Assembly: GCA_949358305.1 (NCBI GenBank)
Contig: OX442314.1
Span: 5,394,001-5,458,000 of the forward strand
Length of the DNA stretch: 64,000 nucleotides
Origin: Strigamia acuminata
Lineage: Eukaryota
Reading direction: 5' to 3'
The position numbers were made by a program, and so were the translations under genes. Each line of letters opens with the position of its first letter. Positions within the stretch are counted from its first letter, which is position 1. The notes under the pieces are model-generated. The model worked only from the letters and a program-made list of their open reading frames with translations. It was not told where the DNA came from and ran no database searches. Of the stretch, positions 12,581 to 24,949 are shown piece after piece.

Positions 12581-12753
12581 AACTCTATTCCAAAAAGTAT
12601 TACAAATACTCCCATTGGTTGGGAGATTCACAGTTCAGTTGTGTCTTGAATATGATGCTGTTTTCAGATTCCAGTAGACTTGTGCGAAGATTTTTAATGT
12701 GTCTCAACCAACCAACCAATGGGAGTATTTGTAATACTTTTTGGAATAGAGTT
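12581..12753. mobile_element. Small TA-TSD MITE in the left foldback arm
   Basis: Inverted repeat aactctattccaaaaagtattac../..ggaatagagtt; absent from the right arm (~21798). Confidence 0.7.
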
Positions 12754-14754
12754 TAGTGTGTATTTAAAGTGCTTGTGAGTCTCGAGCGAACGATTTGGTT
12801 TGTTTAATTCAAAGTGACCTTTATTTGTAACTCTAACTGGACGGAATTTCGTTGAAATTTAGCAAATTCCGATGAGATTTTGCAATTTTTGAAAATTTTG
12901 GTGATTTCCGATGAACTTTACCGATTTTCGATGAAATTTTGTGATTTTCATCGAAAACTATTCGGAAAACGCGAATTTTTATACAAATTCATTCAAAAAT
13001 CACTAAATTTCATCGAAAACTATTTAAAGAATGCTGTTTTTTAAGTGTTTTAAATGTTTGTGAACTTGCAAGGTGAAGGATCACTAAAATAGGTGGGTTC
13101 ATTGGATGAAAATGACCAATTTCAAGTGTATTTGGTTCATTTCTATGTCAAATTGTATATAAACTCAGGTGAAATCGATTGGTTAATATACACATGATGT
13201 TTTTATAGTTAAAACAGGACCACAAATATTGAAGTTATTGAGAAAAGTTTTGGACGGAATTTCGTTGAAATTTAGCAAATTCCGATGAGATTTTGCAATT
13301 TTTGAAAATTTTGGTGATTTCCGATGAACTTTACCGATTTTCAATAAAATTTCGTGATTTTTTCAAAGATTAAACGTTTTCATCATGTTTTTAAGAAAAG
13401 AACAAATAAACAAATCAATCAATCAATCAATATCAAAATAATTCCGCCAATTCTTGTAACCAATCATTTCATTTTATTCTATCTAACAACATTGATAAAA
13501 TTAACGCCATATTGGAAGAGTTATTCTGATTTTGATCAATTGATTGATTGTGTTGTTATTAGGAGGGAAAAATAAGGCACGAGTAGCTGCATTCAAAAAT
13601 TAAAATATTTTGTGGTTTACTTCAATTAAAAAAAGTGACATCATCTCCAGTCCTATTTATTAAATTAAACTATATTAATAATTTATTCATAACTGTAAGT
13701 ATATATTTATTATAATTATTTAAAAAAATCAAAATTTAAACTTAAAATACACTTAAACTAAAATTGTATTTTTAGTTTTGAATGCAGCTACTGAATCTCA
13801 TGTGCAGTGTGTTTTTATTTATATTACTTTTTACTACAAAGGGGTGGCCAACAACGGCTTGGGGCATTTTCCACATGTCCACTAACGAGGTCACAGAACC
13901 AAGGTTTGATTTAGCAACAAAAATTATATTTTAACTGATTGTTGATTTGTTTATTCATTTTTGTTGTTTTTTTCTTATTAATATTACGAAAACATTTAAC
14001 ACTTCCAAGAAACAATTAAAACATTAATTATTCTTTTTTTTGAAAACTTATATTTTAAAGTCTAAAAATATATCTTTTTGTTTCATTTCTTCTGGTAGAA
14101 GTTACTGGTGCTATCCTCTTGGTTATCCCTCCCCACCCCAACCTAGGATCAATTTTGACCTCCAAAAGTATTTTTATTTTTTTTTCTCAAAAACTATTGG
14201 AATTTTTATTCTGAAATTTCATGTATTTTCATTTAACATCATAACAAACAATAAAAAAATTAATAGATTTAAAAATCGCAATAATGGAAGCAGAAATGCA
14301 AACCAAAAAATGCTCTTTTCTATCTCGAAATGAGATTTGTAAATTTTTAAACCAGTCTCATTCGACTGGAAATCAAAATCTCCACCTGCCTGCGTATTTT
14401 ACTTTTCGATTTGGTCAAGAAAAAGTACCATTACGATCCACCAAAGTCGGTGACCACATGACAAATTTGGTGGGAAATTTGAAAAAGACTGATTTTTAAA
14501 ACTCAACAATTTTAATGTTTAAATAAGATTTCCTAAGTGTAATTTGCTGCTGAAAACGATGGCGTCGTTAGTTTTTTTAATTAAATGTAGTTAAAAGGGA
14601 AAAAACAGCAAATTACGGCACAATAATAAGTAAACCGGAGCGCCATCTGGCGGAAGCCGTGACCGAAACGTAATGTAATGTAATGAAAATGGACAACTGG
14701 GTGGAAAATTTAAAAAAAATATATTTTAAAAAACTAACCGAAATAAAAAATTTC

Positions 14755-17700
14755 TGTTGGAACAATACTTTAAATTAACAATGTATTTTGGTAACTATGT
14801 ATGAAACGTGTATTATTAAAAATTCAAGATGAGTGTATGAACATATGAAAGCTCCACTGTATATCTGACTCTTCATGGGTTATGGGCCCAGCACGCTTCC
14901 ACTGAGCCCAGACACAAATTTATTATGTGAAATATGGACTGTTTTTTTGGCTGAACAATTGCATATTGTGAAGAAAGGTTGGAAATCTGAAGTTTTAATG
15001 CAGTTTTAAATGTTCCATGAGAATTAGGCCCAGAATTGCCTGAGTGATAAGCCTGTGCAACATTAAGCCCTGGACTGATTAGTTGATTTTAAGTGCTATT
15101 TCTGAGGAAATGATGGCAGATCAATTTGTAATTCCAGTTGAGAAGTTGAATGGCAGAAACTATGGTGCATGGAAATTTAGAGTGGCAATTCTACTGAGAT
15201 CCAAACACAAGTGGGATCCAACTGCAGCACCTGTGATGCCTATTAAATTGATAACTGAAGATGAGAAAACTTTCAATACCAGATTGGATGAATGGCAGGT
15301 TAAAGATGTGGAAGTGCTGAATACAATTTTATCCACAATAGATGCTACTCAAATGAAATATGTGATGAATGTTGTTACTGCAGCAGAAGCATGGGAGAAA
15401 TTGCAAGTCCAGAACCAAGGTGTCTTAGCAGAATTAAAAGTTCAATTAAAAACTGACTTGGGAAGAATTCAGATGAAACCTAGAGAGACAATTCTGGAAT
15501 ACATTGGGCGTGCCACAGCAGTAGCTCAGGAACTCCAATCATTGGGAATAGTGACTGAAGAACCAGAACTTTGCTCACACATCTTGAAAGGATTAACTGC
15601 TGATTATATTAATGTTGTACGCAGCTGTGATGTACTGGGAGTGGCAGCAATGACAATTCAAGTTTTGCAACGTGCCTTATTGGCTGAGGAAGCAAGAAAG
15701 CCACAACAGACAACTCCAAAGTTGGAGAGTGCCAATTGGGTACGAGGTGTAACCTCTTATCAACGAGGCAGAGGTGGCAGACCAGCCAGAGGTCGAACCC
15801 AACTCAAATGTTGGAATTGTGGGATTCCAGGCCATAGACAAGTGGATTGTCGCCGCCCACCCCAGCAGAACCAAGACACTCAGCCATCTACATCTGCCAA
15901 TCGTGGTTTTCCTCCCCGGTCAAGACCTTGGGTTCCCCGAGGACGAGGATCATCTGGACCGTCCACATCCAAGCGAGTGACAGATGTGGAAGATCAAACA
16001 CCACAGTTCGCTCTTGTTGCAACGGACAGTGACCCTGCTCATGTGGACAGGGAGAACGAACTTTTAATAGACCAAGAACAATTTGACCCTTACATATGGT
16101 ACCTGGATTCGGGTGCAACTTCACATATGAGTGGAGACAGGAGTTTATTCACAACATTAGATGACTCATTTGCCAAGATGGTTTCATTGGCTGATGGCAG
16201 AGAGATTAAAGCATCAGGAACTGGTGTAATCATGCTAAATATTTGGTTTGGTGACCAAGCCAGAGTACTCAAGTTGGAAGACACCTATTATGTGCCTGAA
16301 TTGAGTGGTAACCTGTTATCAATAAGCAGAATGACTAATTTGGGCTATAAAGTGGCATTTACAGCCCGTGGCTGTACAGTTTCTACAATTGACAATGTAC
16401 AAGTGTTCCAAGCTTCATCCCATCGGGGATTGTTCAGATTACAAGCAAGAAGCCCCAATGCACCCACAATGGAAGACAAAGCAGTAGTGATGGCTATTCA
16501 ATCACAACCTTCATTGGCGGGATCAGAGTTGTGGCACCGCAGGTTGGCACACATAAACAATCGTGCCTTAAAGGATTTAGTAAAGAAAAATATGGTGACA
16601 GGGATGACAATTGATAAAGTTCATAAATGGACATTGTGTGAGGAATGTGTGACAGCAAAGCACACCAGAAGCCCATTTTTGCCTGCACCATCAATTAGAG
16701 CCAGTGGACCGCTACAGATGCTTCACGTAGACCTGTGTGGTCCCATGCCACACCCTTCAATTGGAAGATCAGAGTATATCTTCATGATTGTAGATGACTA
16801 TTCAAGGTGTTTGTTTCCTCGTTTTTTGGTCTCAAAGGCTGAGACTTCGAGTGTTTTTGAACAATTTATAGACACACATCAAAATAAGTTCGAAGCTAAA
16901 GTCAAGATGGTCCGTTCAGACAACGGGACTGAATTTTTAAATCAACACTTCAGGGCAATCTTGGACACAAGAGGAATTCAACATCAAACTACCGTCATCT
17001 ATAGTCCATCCCAAAATAGAGTCTCTGAAAGGGCAAATAGATCCCTCCTTGACAAGACAAGGACACTATTGAATGATTCCAAGTTGCCATACAAGTTTTG
17101 GGCTGAAGCTGCGGCATGTGCCGCATATGCAATGAATCGCTCACCAACACGTAGGTTTCCGGGCGAGACACCCTATGAAAGACTTACTGGAAGAAAACCA
17201 GATATATCTAATATGAGGATTTTTGGCACTATTGCTTACGCATGGGTCCCAAAGCAACATAGGAATAAGTTGGATTCTCGTGCTAAACCGGTCATTTTCA
17301 TGGGCTATCCCTTGTTGAAGCCGGGCTGGAAGTTTTATGACCAAGATACTAATAATATCATTGTGGCACGAGATGTTAAGTTCAATGAGTCCAGATTGGA
17401 AATGGAATTATTATCAGGACAGAATGTAAAACCTGATCATGAACCAGAAATGGTGTACATACCTGAGGGAGATGTAAGCTCCCAACCCCCAGTTGTTTTT
17501 CAACAACCCACCAGACCGACACCGGGTCCAGAACGGAGATATCCTTCAAGGATACGACGTCAGGTCCAGCCTTATCAGGCAATCGATTGGCGACAGCATC
17601 GCACACAACGTTGGGAGAACCAGCGAGCACATGTGGTGAACACCAACCCACAGGTTGAAGTCCCAATACATGAACCAAAGACATTTGCTGAGGCAGTGAC

Positions 17701-19350
17701 ATCTGACCAGGCAAGCCAATGGGTAAAGGCTATGGAAGAGGAATTAGCCTCCCACACCCAACAAAATACTTGGACTTTGGTTCCAAGACCACAGGATGCA
17801 AAAGTAATTGGCTCTCGCTGGGTATACAAGTTCAAGAAGAAATATAAAGCCCGTCTAGTTGTTCAAGGCTACAATGTCCACAAGGGCATTGACTATTCAG
17901 AGTCCTTTTCCCCTGTGGCTCGATTGGCTACCATCAGAATTATCTTAGCCATTGCTGCAATGTTTGGCTTTATAGTCAAGCACTACGATGTCAAATCAGC
18001 ATACCTTCATGCGAAATTGAAGGAGGTAGTCTACATGGAGCAACCTCAAGGTTTTATTCAACCTGGGCGAGAAAACGATGTTTGGCTCCTAAATAAAGCA
18101 GTTTATGGTTTACCTCAGGCAGGCCGCGCTTGGCATGAAGCCCTGAACAAGGTACTTGCACAAGCGGGATTTAAGAAGTTGGTGGTTGATCCATGCGTTC
18201 ATCTGTGGAAAAATGGTACCGACATCATAATAATGGGCACTTATGTCGACGATTTGATGCCGGCAACTAACGCCACACGGATGCTCGATCAGATAATGGG
18301 GAAAGTGATGAAGCAAGTTAATCTGATCGACCTTGGAGAAGTCACAGAGATTTTGGGCATCAGGATTAGGCGACAGACCCATCCGTATGCACTTTTGTTG
18401 GACCAATCCAAGTATATATTTGAGGTCTTGCTTAAATTCAACATGATGAATGCAAAGACAAGTAGAGCACCCATGGACCCATCCCAGAAGCTGGAGGACC
18501 CTAATTATCCGCTCGGATCACCATTAACTAACGAGCCCTATCGAGAATTAATTGGCTCTTTATCCTACTTAGCTCAAGCTACTCGACCAGATATCGCTTA
18601 TGCGGTATCCTATCTATCGCAGTGGTTGCAGAATCCGCATGACGCTCACTGGACAGCAGCAAAGAAGATCCTTCGCTATTTAAAAGGAACGGCTGATTTG
18701 TCGTTAATTTATTCTCAGGGATTTGGATTATTGCGAGGATATGCCGATGCATCTTGGAACAGTGCCTCGGTTGATGCAAAGAGTTATGCAGGATTTATCA
18801 CCATGCTGGGAAATTCAACCATCACTTGGCAATCAAAGAAGCAAAAGCTAATTGCCTTATCAACATGTGAATCGGAATTTGTAGCAATGGTAGAGTTAGC
18901 AAAAGAACTGAAATGGATAACATCATTGCTGGAACAGCTTGAAATGACCAATTTAATTCAAAGACCGATTCAAATCTTTTCTGATAATCAAGCCGCCATC
19001 GCCCTCACTAAGAACCCCCAGTACCATGGGCGCACAAAACACTTTCACAGGAGAGTATTATTCTTACGTGAAGATGTTCAAGACGGAACTTATGACATCA
19101 ACTATATGTCTACAGAAGAGATGCCTGCAGATATTATGACTAAGGCAACAGGTGGTTTGAAATTGATCACCACAAAGGATTTTATTAATTTGCGACTATG
19201 TGATTCACCGTTACGATGAAGGGCGAGAATGTTGGAACAATACTTTAAATTAACAATGTATTTTGGTAACTATGTATGAAACGTGTATTATTAAAAATTC
19301 AAGATGAGTGTATGAACATATGAAAGCTCCACTGTATATCTGACTCTTCA
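14755..19350 (+). mobile_element. Intact young Ty1/Copia retrotransposon
   Basis: Identical 121-bp LTRs 14755-14875 and 19230-19350 (TG..CA), TSD atttc, half-tRNA-iMet PBS at 14876, PPT gaagggcgagaa. Confidence 0.97.
15083..19219 (+). CDS. Copia Gag-Pol polyprotein (first ATG ~15110)
   Basis: Uninterrupted 1378-aa ORF: gag, CWNCGIPGHRQVDC knuckle, PR LDSGA, HHCC, rve (HVDLCG, RSDNGTEF), RT YVDD, RNase H (YADASW, MPADIMTK). Confidence 0.95.
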   Translation: MILSAISEEMMADQFVIPVEKLNGRNYGAWKFRVAILLRSKHKWDPTAAPVMPIKLITEDEKTFNTRLDEWQVKDVEVLNTILSTIDATQMKYVMNVVTAAEAWEKLQVQNQGVLAELKVQLKTDLGRIQMKPRETILEYIGRATAVAQELQSLGIVTEEPELCSHILKGLTADYINVVRSCDVLGVAAMTIQVLQRALLAEEARKPQQTTPKLESANWVRGVTSYQRGRGGRPARGRTQLKCWNCGIPGHRQVDCRRPPQQNQDTQPSTSANRGFPPRSRPWVPRGRGSSGPSTSKRVTDVEDQTPQFALVATDSDPAHVDRENELLIDQEQFDPYIWYLDSGATSHMSGDRSLFTTLDDSFAKMVSLADGREIKASGTGVIMLNIWFGDQARVLKLEDTYYVPELSGNLLSISRMTNLGYKVAFTARGCTVSTIDNVQVFQASSHRGLFRLQARSPNAPTMEDKAVVMAIQSQPSLAGSELWHRRLAHINNRALKDLVKKNMVTGMTIDKVHKWTLCEECVTAKHTRSPFLPAPSIRASGPLQMLHVDLCGPMPHPSIGRSEYIFMIVDDYSRCLFPRFLVSKAETSSVFEQFIDTHQNKFEAKVKMVRSDNGTEFLNQHFRAILDTRGIQHQTTVIYSPSQNRVSERANRSLLDKTRTLLNDSKLPYKFWAEAAACAAYAMNRSPTRRFPGETPYERLTGRKPDISNMRIFGTIAYAWVPKQHRNKLDSRAKPVIFMGYPLLKPGWKFYDQDTNNIIVARDVKFNESRLEMELLSGQNVKPDHEPEMVYIPEGDVSSQPPVVFQQPTRPTPGPERRYPSRIRRQVQPYQAIDWRQHRTQRWENQRAHVVNTNPQVEVPIHEPKTFAEAVTSDQASQWVKAMEEELASHTQQNTWTLVPRPQDAKVIGSRWVYKFKKKYKARLVVQGYNVHKGIDYSESFSPVARLATIRIILAIAAMFGFIVKHYDVKSAYLHAKLKEVVYMEQPQGFIQPGRENDVWLLNKAVYGLPQAGRAWHEALNKVLAQAGFKKLVVDPCVHLWKNGTDIIIMGTYVDDLMPATNATRMLDQIMGKVMKQVNLIDLGEVTEILGIRIRRQTHPYALLLDQSKYIFEVLLKFNMMNAKTSRAPMDPSQKLEDPNYPLGSPLTNEPYRELIGSLSYLAQATRPDIAYAVSYLSQWLQNPHDAHWTAAKKILRYLKGTADLSLIYSQGFGLLRGYADASWNSASVDAKSYAGFITMLGNSTITWQSKKQKLIALSTCESEFVAMVELAKELKWITSLLEQLEMTNLIQRPIQIFSDNQAAIALTKNPQYHGRTKHFHRRVLFLREDVQDGTYDINYMSTEEMPADIMTKATGGLKLITTKDFINLRLCDSPLR

Positions 19351-20641
19351 ATTTCTCTCATAGCTTTGAAATAGCCTTAAAAACGGTTATGTACCCGTTT
19401 TAAATGAATAACTTACGTGATATTGTTTAAAACCACTGTTGAAATTCGAACCGAGCAGTAATTGTTCCGCCATTACGATTTTCCAAAGTTTATAGATACC
19501 GCCACTATGTGACATTATTTTTACGTCATCAACGACAAACAAGAACAGAAATTCCAACACCGATTTGCGATTTCATCATGGTTTTTAGTGAAAATTACCC
19601 GAAAAATAGAAAATCACAGCAAATAATCCAAAATACCAGCAACCAAAATTTAAAAAAAAATACCCGAAAAATAGAAAATCACAGCAAATAATCCAAAATA
19701 CCAGCAACCAAAAATTAAAAAAAAATTAAAAAAAAAAAATAGCTGAAAATTATCAAAATAACCTAAAGTAACACCAAATAACAACAAAAAATTACCGAAA
19801 ATAACAGAAAATAACAGAAAATCATCAAAAATTACCAAAAAAAATAGGAAAGAACAGCAAATAATAGAAAAAAAATTGACGGTTTTAGGATTTAGTGTAT
19901 TATTTTGGCGGTGATAAGTTGGCAGTAAACAAGTAAACATTTGTAATGCAGGGAAGCATTACATATTAGGTTTCAAAACCCCTTCTACACTTTTCTTCGA
20001 TCATTTCGGTTATTTTTTTAAAATATTTTTTTTTAAAATTTTCCACCCAGTTGTCCATTTTCATTACATTACATTACGTTTCGGTTACGGCTTCCGCCAG
20101 GTGGCGCTCCGGTTTACTTATTATTTTGCCGTAATTTGCTGTTTTCTCCCTTTTAACTACATTTAATTAAAAAACTAACGACGCCATCGTTTTTAGCGCC
20201 AAATTACACTTAGGAAATCTTATTTAAACATTAAAATTGTTGAGTTTTAAAAATCAGTCTTTTTCAAATTTCCCACCAAATTTGCCATGTGGTCACCGAC
20301 TTTGGTGGATCGTAATTCGTAATGGTACTTTTTCTTGACCAAATCGAAAAGTAAAATACGTGGGCAGGTGGAGATTTTGATTTCCAGTCGAATGAGACTG
20401 GTTTAAAAATTTACAAATTTCATTTCGAGATAGAAAAGAGCGTTTTTGGTTTGCATTTCTGCTTCCATTATTGCGATTTTTAAATCTATTAATTTTTTTA
20501 TTGTTTGTTATGATGTTAAATGAAAATACATGAAATTTCAGAATAAAAAATCCAATAGTTTTTGAGAAAAAAAAATAAAAACACTTTTGGAGGTCAAAAT
20601 TGACCCTAGGTTGGGGTGGGGAGGGATAACCAAGAGGATAG

Positions 20642-20847
20642 TGGAGTGTTCCGCTCATTTTTATTCCTCCACATCTGTGTATGAAGTAGTCACCCCCCCT
20701 CTGGGTGACTTGACCCTCCTTGTTTTAAGAGAGTAATAAAAGACTCTAGTTGTTCTTAGTTGTTCCTCACCAACTCAATGGCTGCCATCTTTTGACACTT
20801 CAACAAATGCATATAACACATCACAAAACCACCGAAGGGACACATTA
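20642..20847. mobile_element. ~206-bp insertion (solo-LTR-like) in the right foldback arm
   Basis: Absent from the left arm; flanked by gatag direct repeat; begins TG; contains aataaa. Confidence 0.5.
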
Positions 20848-21812
20848 GATAGCATCAGTAAGTTCTACCAGAAGAAATGAAACAAAAAGATATATTTTTA
20901 GACTTTAAAATATAAGTTTTCAAAAAAAAGAATAATTAATGTTTTAATTGTTTCTTGGAAGTGTTAAATGTTTTCGGAATATTAATAAGAAAAAAACAAC
21001 AAAAATGAATAAACAAATCAACAATCAGTTAAAATATAATTGTTGTTGCTAAATCAAACCTTGCTTCTGTGACCTCGTTAGTGGACATGTGGAAAATGCC
21101 CCAAGCCGTTGTTGGCCACCCCTTTGTAGTAAAAAGTGATATAAATAAAAACACACTGCACATGAGATTCAGTAGCTGCATTCAAAACTAAAAATACAAT
21201 TTTAGTTTAAGTGTATTTTAAGTTTAAATTTTGATTTTTTTAAATAATTATAATAAATATATACTTACAGTTTTGAATAAATTATTAATATAGTTTAATT
21301 TAATAAATAGGACTGGAGATGATGTCACTTTTTTTTTAATTGAAGTAAACCACAAAATATTTTAATTTTTGAATGCAGCTACTCGTGCCTTATTTTTCCC
21401 TCCTAATAACAACACGATCAATCAATTGATCAAAATCAGAATAACTCTTCCAATATGGCGTTAATTTTATCAATGTTGTTAGATAGAATAAAATGAAATG
21501 ATTGGTTACAGGAATTGGCGGAATTATTTTGATATTGATTGATTGATTGATTTGTTTATTTGTTCTTTTCTTAAAAACATGATGAAAACGTTTAATCTTT
21601 GAAAAAATCACGAAATTTCATCGAAAATCTGTAAGTTCATCGGAAATCACCAAAATTTACAAAAAAATTGCAAAATCTCATCGGAATTTGCTAAATTTCA
21701 ACGAAATTCCGTCCAGTTAGAGTTACAAATAAAGATCACTTTGAATTAAACAAACCAAATCGTTCGCTCGAGACTCACAAGCACTTTAAATACACACTAG
21801 GCGCGTTCAATT

Positions 21813-22180
21813 TCAATTCGCCGTTGGAAACGCAAAACCCTTTCCAATGGCAAATTTCAACCTAAACATATTCGCCATTGGAAACGTTTTTGCGTTTCCA
21901 ACGGCGAATTTCAACCTACACGTATTCGCCATTGGAAACGTTTTTGCGTTTCCAACGGCGAATTTCAACCTACACGTATTCGCCATTGGAAACGTTTTTG
22001 CGTTTCCAACGGCGAATTTCAACCTACACGTATTCGCCATTGGGAACGTTTTTGCGTTTCCAACGGCGAATTTCAACCTACACGTATTCGCCATTGGGAA
22101 CGTTTTTGCGTTTCCAACGGCGAATTTCAACCTACACGTATTCGCCATTGGAAACGTTTTTGCGTTTCCAATGGCGAATT
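21813..22180. repeat. ~54-bp subterminal tandem repeats, right foldback arm
   Basis: Reverse complement of the 12195-12565 array. Confidence 0.9.
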
Positions 22181-22380
22181 TTATATTTCAAACAAATTTT
22201 CCACATTCGCCCTTGGAACAGGAAAATATGTTTCCAATGGCAAATAGCAGAAATGGCACTCAAAAAACGTTTCCAATGGCGAATTTTATTAAATTCGCCA
22301 TTGGAAACGTCAAAATAGGTTTCCAACGGCGAATTTTAGAAATTCGCCCTTACGCGATTCGCCGTTGGAACGGGTACCCC

Positions 22381-24949
22381 TAATCTTAGAGGGGGTGAGA
22401 GCAATGTTAATCGAAACGGGTCTTCCCAAGAGGTTGTGGGGAGAGTTAGCGGTAACTCTTGTTTATAATAAAAACTTATACCCACATCCGAAATTGAACA
22501 ATCGTTCCCCCTATAATGTATTTTATAATAAAAGGGCTTCAGTTAGGCATCTAAGATGCATTGGGTCAAAGTGTTATACACATATCCCTGCCCAACAACG
22601 ACATAGCAAATTAGAGCCAAGAGCTTGGGTTGGAGCCTTTGTAGGTTATTGTACTGACACAAAGGGATATCGCATCTGGGACCCATCGCGTAACAAGATT
22701 TTTGGGTCGAAACATGTTACCGTTAATGAGAATGAATACTGGTATGAAAAGGGGAATAACATTAATGGGAGAGGAAAGGAACAGTCACAGAGTTTTGAAT
22801 ACTTTAATGTGAGTGACTTGGGACTCGAATCGGACGATGAAACACCAACTCCAGTGAGATTGGCACCGGTTCATGTTCCTGGTCCTATACCAAGCCAACC
22901 TCCACCGGGTTTGGTTCCCCCGGTTCAGGTTCCCCCTGTTCCAGGTGCCGGATTACCTGCCCCAACGGTGCCCACTACATCAACAGCATTGCCAGTCACG
23001 AAACTGCCATTACCCCAGACCCCAAAACACACGGTTTTTCAAAAACCACGGTTAATCGAATTTACTGGAGAACCAACTGACGAAACCAGTGATGATGAAG
23101 AGGTTTTTCAGGAAGCATTGTTGGCTTCTCCTAACGTCAGAGGGGGTCAAGGGGATGTAACAATTGGGGGTGTTCCTTTATTGAAATTGAACATGAATGA
23201 CTGGGATGTGAGACCATATGTTAGACAAACGGGAAGAGATGCTGGGACGACCTATGCGCATTATGTAGCGCCAGACAAGAAAAGGCTCCGCAGCAGAATT
23301 GAGGCATTGCATTGGTGTCAAGCAAACGGATACGAGTTTGAGGCGGACTTGTTTGATTTTTCGGGGAAAACTCAAAATGAAGATCTTCCGAACCCATTTG
23401 CTGGTTGTTGTGCGCTTGAGCCCAACACTTACGAGGAGGCAATTAAAGGCGAACGAAAGACAGAATGGGTTGACGCAATGCAAGAGGAAATTGACATATT
23501 TAACGAAAGGAAAGTCTACGAGGAAGTTGATTGTGAGAAAGACCAACAATTGCTAGGCAGCAAATGGATCTATAAGATCAAGAGAGATAATACCGGGGTT
23601 ATAAGACGTCATCGAGCGAGACTGGTCGCCCAAGGTTTCAAACAGCGACCAGGTATAGATTTCACCGAGGTGTTTTCACCTGTGGTGAATTTTGTTGTTA
23701 TCTTGGTGTTATTTTGCATGTTGGTTGTCCTCATGAACTGGAGAGACACACATGCGGATATAAAATCCGCATATCTCTATGGAGACTTGGACGAGGTCCA
23801 ATATATGAGCATTCCAAAGGGGTTCCAAACGCAGCAGAATGTTGGAAAGTGTTGGAAGCTTTATAAAGCTTTATACGGCCTGCACCAGTCGGGCCGTATG
23901 TGGTTCGAAAGGTTGCACGACAGACTGTTGCACATAGGATTTAAACCGGTCCCTGGTTTTAACTGCGTTTATTGTATGGACAGAGATGTAGTGTTAGTCG
24001 TCTATGTCGATGACTTAGTCATCTTTTCACGCAACGAGAAGATCGAAAAAGATGTCCTGTCCTGGATAACAGACCATTTCCAAATGGTAAACCTTGGGCC
24101 AGTGACCCTTTTGCTAGGCATAGAATTTACGCGTGTGAATGGTAAGATCTTAATCCATCAGCGCAAGTATATCGAGAGATTGTGTGCTCATTTCAAAATC
24201 GATGGGTCGCATAAAGTTAATTTACCGTAGGTACTATGATAATGGGGGTGAAGAAGGACGAACAAATTGACACCGTGTTCCCCTACAGATCGCTGGTTGG
24301 TAGTCTTCTGTTTTTGGCGTCGCGAACCAGACCAGACATACTATTTTCCACTATTGTGCTCTCCCAATACAACGAGCGACATTCTCAGAGACATATTAAT
24401 ATGTTATTGCAAGTACTCAGGTACTTGAAGAACACTGAGGATTATTGTATTGATCTCTCGAGATGCAAAAGCGCTTTGCTGACGGTATTTACCGATGCGT
24501 CATACGCTACTGATGTAGACCAACGAAGGAGTTTCGGAGGTCATGTAGTTTTCCTGGGCGGTGTTCCGGTTTCGTGGTCGTGTAGAAAGCAGAAGATGAC
24601 CACGTTATCCGTGATGGAGTCGGAATTTGTGGCCATTGTTGATGGCGTCAGGGAACTGATATGGCTTAAGAGGCTTTTCAACATGTCGGTGATGTTCGAC
24701 TACTTTGGGAATTTGCAGCCCTGTGTCTTAGCTGATAGCACAGCGGCAATACAATATAGTAAGAACCGCGTAGAAAATAAAGCGAACAAACACATCGAGG
24801 TTCGCTTCCATTATTTACGCGATTTGTATGAGAGCAAAGTCTTCGACATACGACACGTTCCTGGAAAACTGAACGTGGCCGATTTGTTAACCAAGTGGTT
24901 AGCCCGACCACGTTTGACCGAACTATGTGAGCACATCTTTGATCTGTGA
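22381..24949 (+). pseudogene. Copia pol C-part: integrase end, MBD-like domain, RT, RNase H (in-frame TAG at 24228)
   Basis: GKGY-type motif (FVGYCTDTKGYRIW), MBD-like segment ~23190-23365, RARLVAQGF, YVDD, FTDAS, NVADLLTK. Confidence 0.9.

Larger units (their letters stand above)
12038..22380. mobile_element. Large non-autonomous foldback DNA transposon
   Basis: Termini ggggtgccgttccaacggcgaatcg / cgattcgccgttggaacgggtacccc; TSD (cc)taatctt, 7-9 bp; inverted arms ~12038-14740 vs ~20010-22380; the integrase frame resumes at LILEGVRAML. Confidence 0.9.

Noticed and set aside
12108..12615. Repetitive ORFs and CRISPR-like periodicity (also 21813-22383)
   Set aside because: Tandem units without unique spacers, inside transposon arms; eukaryotic context with no cas genes.
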